The notes below the pieces were generated by a model. It searched no databases, was not told the origin of the DNA, and worked only from the letters and a program-made list of their open reading frames with translations. Source: a virus (taxonomy: Duplodnaviria; Caudoviricetes). Taken from it: a stretch of 64,000 nt of DNA. The DNA lies in the IMG/VR virus record IMGVR_UViG_3300013382_000001, positions 34,185 through 98,184 of that record; one strand, given 5' to 3'. Below are positions 58,346-64,000 of this stretch, piece by piece. The translations under genes were made by a program, and so were the position numbers. The first letter of the stretch is position 1. Every line of letters starts with the position of its first letter.

Positions 58346-58374
58346 AGTATAGCAGATAAGCTTTGGGATGTCAA
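58346..58374 (-). promoter_or_regulatory. SigA-type promoter for the recombinase
   Basis: TTGACA-17 nt-TATACT with TG extension. Confidence 0.78.
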
Positions 58375-58390
58375 GATATTTTTTTAATTT

Positions 58391-58780
58391 TTATAATAAT
58401 TCATATTCGGCATCTTCGTATGATGTAAAAAAATCATTATAGTAATCTGACACATATACATCTTTAAGTTCTTCACTATATTTTTTAATAATACTAAGTG
58501 TTATATAATCTTCATCGTCATAAAGTGCCTTATATAGTCCTACAACCTTACCTTCAACCACTTCGCTATTGTCAATAAAATACACAATATCACCGACAGC
58601 ACATGGAAACTCAATTAAGTGTCTTGATTCCTCTAAATCTTCGTAATGTTTAATTTTGTAGTATATATCATGCCATCTGGTTGGATTGTCCTCTGTCAAA
58701 GTAAAAAATTCATTAATTTCTTTTGATGTAATGATTACATCACCCTTCGTTAATCTTTGCATCCTTACTCTTACCTCCAC
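58391..58780 (-). CDS. Hypothetical phage protein
   Basis: RLT...YEDLEE...PC.VGD.VY...F..YEDAE. Confidence 0.6.
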   Translation of the reverse strand: MEVRVRMQRLTKGDVIITSKEINEFFTLTEDNPTRWHDIYYKIKHYEDLEESRHLIEFPCAVGDIVYFIDNSEVVEGKVVGLYKALYDDEDYITLSIIKKYSEELKDVYVSDYYNDFFTSYEDAEYELL

Positions 58781-58793
58781 ATATTACAACTTT

Positions 58794-59081
58794 CTAACAT
58801 TGTTCTTCACCTCCTAATGTATCCATAATTTCAAGCCCAACCGGGAGCCAACATGTTCTATCTAATAGCTTTTCCCCATCTGTATATGAATAAATTTCAT
58901 AGTCATATCGCTTGAGCAATGCAATTAATTCGCCATTTAACATAACAGACTCATAAATCTCATTTTGATATTTGTGAGTTCTTTCTGTATAGAAATTATC
59001 ATAATCAGATTCATCAATCTTACTTAGTATCTCTCCATAGTGCTGAATATCCCACCAAAGCTGCTTAATTTTATCGTTCAT
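58794..59081 (-). CDS. Hypothetical protein
   Basis: ORF in operon context. Confidence 0.45.
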   Translation of the reverse strand: MNDKIKQLWWDIQHYGEILSKIDESDYDNFYTERTHKYQNEIYESVMLNGELIALLKRYDYEIYSYTDGEKLLDRTCWLPVGLEIMDTLGGEEQC

Positions 59082-59586
59082 TTAATACGCCCCATTTCTT
59101 AATTATCTCGTTCAATTCAATCGGTTTGTATCCAATCCGCTCTACACTCACACAAGCAGCATTCATTGTTAAATCCTCGTATCGTAAATCATCATGCACA
59201 TGACCATAGATGTTAAAGAACGGACAATTTCTGTTCATAAACTCAAGCGGTGCATGAGATAATACGACAAAATCATGTATAATAATTGGATATGGTGATA
59301 CAAACTCAAATCCTGCCTCTCGATACCACTCTTGCCTATACCTATCGTGATTGCCCAAAATGAGCCTTTTTCGACCTCTAAGCGATTTAATTATAGATTT
59401 GGTATAATCCTTTGATTCAAGTGCAAAATCGCCTAAAACCCAAACTATGTCATCATTACCCACTGTCATGTTCCAATGATTGATAAGCGCATCGTCCATC
59501 TCTTCAACATTTTCAAATGGACGATTGCAATATTGAATTATATTTTTGTGACCGAAGTGGGGATCTGCTATTACGAACGTTTTCAT
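59071..59586 (-). CDS. Calcineurin-like metallophosphoesterase
   Basis: DPHFGH, LGD, GNHD, SHAP, YGHVH. Confidence 0.88.
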   Translation of the reverse strand: MKTFVIADPHFGHKNIIQYCNRPFENVEEMDDALINHWNMTVGNDDIVWVLGDFALESKDYTKSIIKSLRGRKRLILGNHDRYRQEWYREAGFEFVSPYPIIIHDFVVLSHAPLEFMNRNCPFFNIYGHVHDDLRYEDLTMNAACVSVERIGYKPIELNEIIKKWGVLNER

Positions 59587-59934
59587 GTTATCCTTTCTAA
59601 AATCGACTTAATGAAGTTTTAAGCGATTTTTATTCCTTTCTCGACTAATTTATTCACTTTTATATTTTCGTGGCTTAGAGAGTCGTTTCCCTATGATTAT
59701 CTCCTTTATTTTAGGTAAGCGTGTGGAAACGTGTGGAAAGTCGAGTGATCATTACACATATCCACAACACCTGCTTCGTTTGAGATTTTGGAAATCAATT
59801 TTAGTGTTTGTCGATAATGCGCTATATCGTAATCTGTTCTTTGTGGTCATTTAAGATGTAGCCTTGTAAATCTTTAAGAGCTTCAGGAACTTTACGATTA
59901 GCAATGAGCCACAAAATTACAGTTTGGTAATTCA

Positions 59935-60060
59935 ATTCCAAATCCGAATTTTCAATTTTAATTTTCGAGTCTGCATTTTAGTTTTCGTTTTTCAAATTTA
60001 ATTTTGAATTTTCATTTTCAATTTTCATTTTCGATTTTGATTTTCATTTTTGAATTTCAT
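59935..60060. repeat. Degenerate 6-bp periodic tract (TTTTCA / TTTTGA)
   Basis: ttttca attttc attttc gattttg attttc atttttg... visible. Confidence 0.7.
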
Positions 60061-60541
60061 CTCCATCTCTCCATTTCCATTCTAAAGTTGCAATTTTTTT
60101 TGCTATTTTACTTGCTTCTTTATAATCTCTATTTGTACGAGATGCCTCCCATTTGTTATATAATAGATTAAGACACCCATTATTCTTTGATTTATTACAC
60201 AATGGACAATTATCGCAAACACTATTTAATTCCACCTCATCCGCATCTCTGCTTAAGTTAAGTACATCATTATAAAAACAAGCGAAACAAAAATTATGGT
60301 CATTCATCATAGTTACATATCCGCTATGTTTTTGCCCAATGATTCTCGACTCTAAAAATTCATATTTATGTTTATCGGGATGTTCTGCAAGCCATTTCCA
60401 CATTTCTTTGTGCCAATCCGAAATAAGTTTACGCCTAAACATAACTTTACCATCATATGTTACTTGAATATCAGTGCCATATTCAGCTTTTGCCCATTTG
60501 GCATATTTACGTAGTTTTTGCATGTTGGTTAATGCTTTCAT
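60044..60541 (-). CDS. Cys-rich hypothetical protein
   Basis: H..MW.WLA, CFAC, CDNCPL..C; AGGAGGAG RBS. Confidence 0.6.
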   Translation of the reverse strand: MKALTNMQKLRKYAKWAKAEYGTDIQVTYDGKVMFRRKLISDWHKEMWKWLAEHPDKHKYEFLESRIIGQKHSGYVTMMNDHNFCFACFYNDVLNLSRDADEVELNSVCDNCPLCNKSKNNGCLNLLYNKWEASRTNRDYKEASKIAKKIATLEWKWRDGDEIQK

Positions 60542-60573
60542 TTTATTTGTCTCCTCCTTATTGATTTTGCTAT

Positions 60574-60602
60574 ATTATAACCGATATTGGTATGTATGTC
60601 AA
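60574..60602 (-). promoter_or_regulatory. SigA-type promoter (consensus) starting the leftward early region
   Basis: TTGACA-17 nt-TATAAT. Confidence 0.82.
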
Positions 60603-61493
60603 TAGAAAAATAAAAAAATTAATGGTAAGTATGATGACTGATTGATTATTATATTATATTTTAGACTAAATGATACTTACCGATTATACTTCTGGGCAAA
60701 TGTTTGTTTCGTTAATGGGAAATTTTTTATCTCCTATTTTTCCCAAAATTTGAAAATCAAACCATGTAAGACAATTTATTGTATTATTTACAGTAATTTA
60801 CATAAATGGAAATAGCTTATAAAATTGTTGCTTCCTCACATTTTTACCAACAATTTACAATGGTAATTTTTACCTGCAAAATCCTAACAAAAAAGGAAGC
60901 GATTTCCACTCGCTCCCGTTGGTAAAATTTTACTGTAATTTTTTTGCAAGGTGAGTGTTTGCGCCAAAGCTCCCATTTTTTGGCATTCCTATAAACTACC
61001 TGCGCATTTACAGTATAATTTCGTCTTATTATTTTTTCTTACGTCAATTATAGTATAGCACAAAATTTAAAAAATGCAAGCATTTTTTTTCATACAATTT
61101 ATAGGTATTGATCTGGATGCAGCAATTACCACTGTAATAATTTTACTTGTAATATTTGATACTTAAAAGCATATATAATACCAAAAAATAGGAGCTTTAT
61201 TTTGCGTTTTAAGCGACTTTTTTTGAAGTTTGATATAATTATACCTAGTAATCATGTAATTTTATACATAATTTATTATATAAAAATATTGATCTTTCAA
61301 TGTTTTAGGTTATAATTATACAAAAAATTGTATAATACACGCAATATAAAAGAAAATATATATAAAAAAAATAGGTGCGCATTGTATTAAAATAAAAACA
61401 TTAAAAGTCAACTAAAATTTTAAAAAAGTAATTGACTTTTTTCAAAAACTATATTACTATTATAATAACAAAAAACAAAATATATAAAACAAA
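60603..61493. other. AT-rich non-coding strand-switch region (candidate origin/terminus/control region)
   Basis: No ORF of 60 aa or more; divergent transcription on each side; repeated TTACWGTAA-like palindromes. Confidence 0.55.
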
Positions 61494-61508
61494 TTGAGGA
61501 GGTACAAC

Positions 61509-62165
61509 ATGACATTATCAACTATTAAAAAACAAATTATTGCCGAAAATAAAAATCGGTGTAAAACGACCCTGGAGGCAATCGAAACTAGGGAGGAAAT
61601 ACTGCAACGCGAAAGTACAGCAACACGCTGGAAACAATATCAGCAACATTATATTACGTATCCAGAAATAATGCGATATACCACTGAACGCATCGAACGG
61701 AAATATCAAAAAATATTAGATACACAATTAAAACAATTAGCAGAAATCGAAAACGCCGAAAGCCCAGAAGAAATTGTAATCCGGGTTGACTGGATAAAAT
61801 CCAAAACATGGGGCTATAACCCGCATGCAGAAATAACCGATGGTAAAAATAAATATTTCAGTAATGCTAGTGGCTGCGGCTATGACAAACGGACAGCGGC
61901 GATTGCGCAAGCTGCTAACCAGTCAAACAGGATTTTGCATATTTTAGCAGAAAAAAAAGAGTTCGAGCTGAAGAACGGGGAAACAGGTTCTAATCATAAT
62001 TTAATCGGATACGGTTCTGGGTACAATGCAATTCCGAATTTAGAGGGCGGTGTAGGCATTTCCAGTTTTAGGAATATATTTGAACGTTGCGGCTATGTTT
62101 GGCACGAATATAGCGGCACAACATATGATTTATATATTTTGACAAAAAAAGAAAGTGAGGCATAA
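61509..62165 (+). CDS. Conserved phage hypothetical protein
   Basis: GAGGAGG RBS before ATG 61509; KSKTWGYNP, ASGCGYDK, EGGVG. Confidence 0.65.
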   Translation: MTLSTIKKQIIAENKNRCKTTLEAIETREEILQRESTATRWKQYQQHYITYPEIMRYTTERIERKYQKILDTQLKQLAEIENAESPEEIVIRVDWIKSKTWGYNPHAEITDGKNKYFSNASGCGYDKRTAAIAQAANQSNRILHILAEKKEFELKNGETGSNHNLIGYGSGYNAIPNLEGGVGISSFRNIFERCGYVWHEYSGTTYDLYILTKKESEA

Positions 62166-62170
62166 AAAAA

Positions 62171-62509
62171 ATGAAAAGTAAAACATTAAAACAATATATT
62201 GAAACTGCAATAGACAACAATAATTTTTATTCACGTGGTATTTGTAGTACAGTGTCAATCTGTATTGCGTTTCCGGAAACTAATTTCCACGGTGATATTA
62301 TTGATCAAAAAATCTGGGATATGCAATGTGACACATGCGGCGCGAATGTAGTATATACATGGGTATATACGGGCAAAATTTTAAAAGCAAGACGCCAAGT
62401 AGTAAAATATGGGAAGAAACAGGGCACGTGTGATGGAGGAGACTTGGTACCATATATTACAAAATGTGGCAGAAAATATTGGTTAGATGAGTTTATTATG
62501 AGCGTGTAA
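62171..62509 (+). CDS. Hypothetical protein
   Basis: RBS; ...PY.T..GR.Y.LDEF. Confidence 0.55.
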   Translation: MKSKTLKQYIETAIDNNNFYSRGICSTVSICIAFPETNFHGDIIDQKIWDMQCDTCGANVVYTWVYTGKILKARRQVVKYGKKQGTCDGGDLVPYITKCGRKYWLDEFIMSV

Positions 62510-62526
62510 GCAGGAGGGAACAAAGC

Positions 62527-62709
62527 ATGAAACGGCAGCAAGTAACCATGATGCAAATTGTAAAAAGTTTACAAACGATAAAAGCCGAAAGCCTATTAAA
62601 TGACGGCGTAAAACTACAGATTGAATATATACCCAAAACGGCAGAAATTAAACTGTTTACGGTTAGGACGAAAAAAATCCATGCAGGAAATGGAAATATT
62701 ACAGAATAG
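62527..62709 (+). CDS. Hypothetical protein
   Basis: GGAGGG RBS. Confidence 0.45.
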   Translation: MKRQQVTMMQIVKSLQTIKAESLLNDGVKLQIEYIPKTAEIKLFTVRTKKIHAGNGNITE

Positions 62710-62718
62710 GAGAGAAAA

Positions 62719-62985
62719 ATGAGTAACGATAAATTATTATTTACAAGAAAATACAATGGGGAAACATATAAATTCTATTTGTGTACTATGCTTTCATGGA
62801 TTGATGGGCAACCGAAAAAATATCTGTCAATTGAAACGCCTGCAAAATGTTTCGGCTATCCGGATCATGTACATTTCGATAATAACGGGAGCCCCTATAC
62901 GCTGCATCGTTATTTACAACCGTGGATTTTAAAAAAAATCAAAGAGGCAGTTATTAAAATGGGCTATGAGGAATATATGTTTTAA
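62719..62985 (+). CDS. Hypothetical protein
   Basis: AGGAG RBS. Confidence 0.5.
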   Translation: MSNDKLLFTRKYNGETYKFYLCTMLSWIDGQPKKYLSIETPAKCFGYPDHVHFDNNGSPYTLHRYLQPWILKKIKEAVIKMGYEEYMF

Positions 62986-63316
62986 GAGAATAGAAGCAGT
63001 TAAAAAGTATTTCAGAAAAAATGGTAAAATATAATAATAAAATTTATAAAAAAGAATGGCAAGCAATAACTATTGCATGTATCCAAATTGCAGGAGGAGC
63101 AGTCTTGTTAGGCGTTGGAATGTTTGGCACAATGTTTCTGCTCTGGATAATGGGGTAAAATATAAATGAATGGAATCGGTGAAATGAGCCGAAATATAAG
63201 AATGTGTCAGATTGAATATATACCAAAACAACTTATGATTGTTCTGGGCAGATGGTATTAGTTGTAGGAACGGCGGTATGTATGTTTGTCGTTGCGTACG
63301 GGATGCAGTAAAAGGG

Positions 63317-63345
63317 AAAACGCTTGCAAGTGCAGGCGTTTTTTT
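63317..63345 (+). terminator. Intrinsic terminator
   Basis: aaaacgcttgca-ag-tgcaggcgttttttt. Confidence 0.7.
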
Positions 63346-63378
63346 ATTGGAGAAAATTAAAAAAGTTTGAAAAGGGGA

Positions 63379-63407
63379 TTGACAAAAGCAAATGTTTATG
63401 ATAAAAT
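63379..63407 (+). promoter_or_regulatory. SigA-type promoter
   Basis: TTGACA-17 nt-TAAAAT with TG extension. Confidence 0.75.
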
Positions 63408-63418
63408 AAGAATATAAA

Positions 63419-63685
63419 TTGAAGGAGGGGAAAATGATATATTATTTATGTAAAGAAGCGTTTTTAACGCTTGAAAGAAAGCATAGAAGAGAAGCAGGGC
63501 TTAAAATTTTAACGCCTGCGGAAGAAAACAAAAGATATGAAATGTTTTTTGTCGGAGAAACGTATCCATTGACAGAAAGTGACGCGATTTTAGTAGATAA
63601 CAGTATTTACCAGACAATGCAATACCTTCAAAACGAAGGTTTTGACACTTGTAATTCTGAGATTTGCAAAAGGGAAATTGCTTAG
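63419..63685 (+). CDS. Hypothetical protein in its own promoter-terminator cassette
   Basis: AAGGAGG RBS (probable start MIYY); flanked by promoter and terminator. Confidence 0.55.
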   Translation: MKEGKMIYYLCKEAFLTLERKHRREAGLKILTPAEENKRYEMFFVGETYPLTESDAILVDNSIYQTMQYLQNEGFDTCNSEICKREIA

Positions 63686-63710
63686 AAGAGGCGCAAGCCT
63701 CTTTTTTTTT
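63686..63710 (+). terminator. Intrinsic terminator
   Basis: aagaggc-gcaa-gcctc followed by a long T-run. Confidence 0.8.
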
Positions 63711-64000
63711 ATGCGTCAAATAGTATTGAAAACTAGATAGTGTGGTTAGGGATATTATATGTAGTGGTATGTATTATAATATAATATAATATATATAATT
63801 ATATATATAACAGATAGCTGGGCGTTGCTATAAATGACAAGCTTTAAAATCGTTCGTGCTTTGGGGTATGGGGTGAATGGGTGATAATGTTTGGGAGGGG
63901 TCGAACATTACGCCTCGTTAACGTATGCCGCTTTGATTTTTAACACATTCCGTAATGGTTGAAAATTCAACTTTTGTAAGAATCTGACAGCCAAATTTAG

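Noticed and set aside
63770-63810. TATAA low-complexity run
   Set aside because: Simple AT-rich sequence with no further structure that I could support.
1-64000. Complete diversity-generating retroelement
   Set aside because: No reverse transcriptase (YxDD) ORF and no template/variable repeat pair differing at adenines was found; only the possible relic at 50619-50739.
1-64000. tRNA genes, inteins in DnaE/helicases, holin-endolysin module
   Set aside because: No cloverleaf, no C...HN intein termini and no recognisable lysin motif found by eye; a tRNAscan/HMM run is needed to exclude them fully.

Overview
64 kb of a large, AT-rich tailed-phage genome, probably infecting a Bacillota (Firmicutes) host (SigA-type promoters, GGAGG ribosome-binding sites, DnaE polymerase). 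1-17.7 kb (+): tail module. It has a tape measure gene split by an ORF-less group I intron, baseplate genes and a large set of fibre/adhesin genes. 17.9-60.5 kb (-): nucleotide metabolism (dUTPase, NT5C, Gmk-like, ThyX-like, class II RNR split by a group I intron carrying a LAGLIDADG endonuclease); replication (DnaE, primase, DnaB-like and RecD2-like helicases, RecJ, Sak4-like, Gp157); four DNA methyltransferases plus PAPS-reductase-like and radical SAM genes; a tyrosine recombinase. 60.5-61.5 kb: non-coding strand-switch region, then small + strand genes. The strongest candidate for an undescribed system is a set of slipped-strand (simple-repeat) switches. (i) A (GA)8G tract chooses between two separately RBS-equipped, homologous N-termini for one Dam-family methylase. 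(ii) A G14 tract couples a TRD-like module to a circularly permuted C5 methylase whose motif I is at the C-terminus. (iii) G18 and G7 tracts lie after homologous MIGxxN..VSGG leaders of two putative tail-tip genes 37 kb apart. These leaders belong to a dispersed MxGxTN-type family that may dock on three copies of a shared adaptor domain. Protein functions are from motif recognition only. Homopolymer lengths need read-level confirmation.
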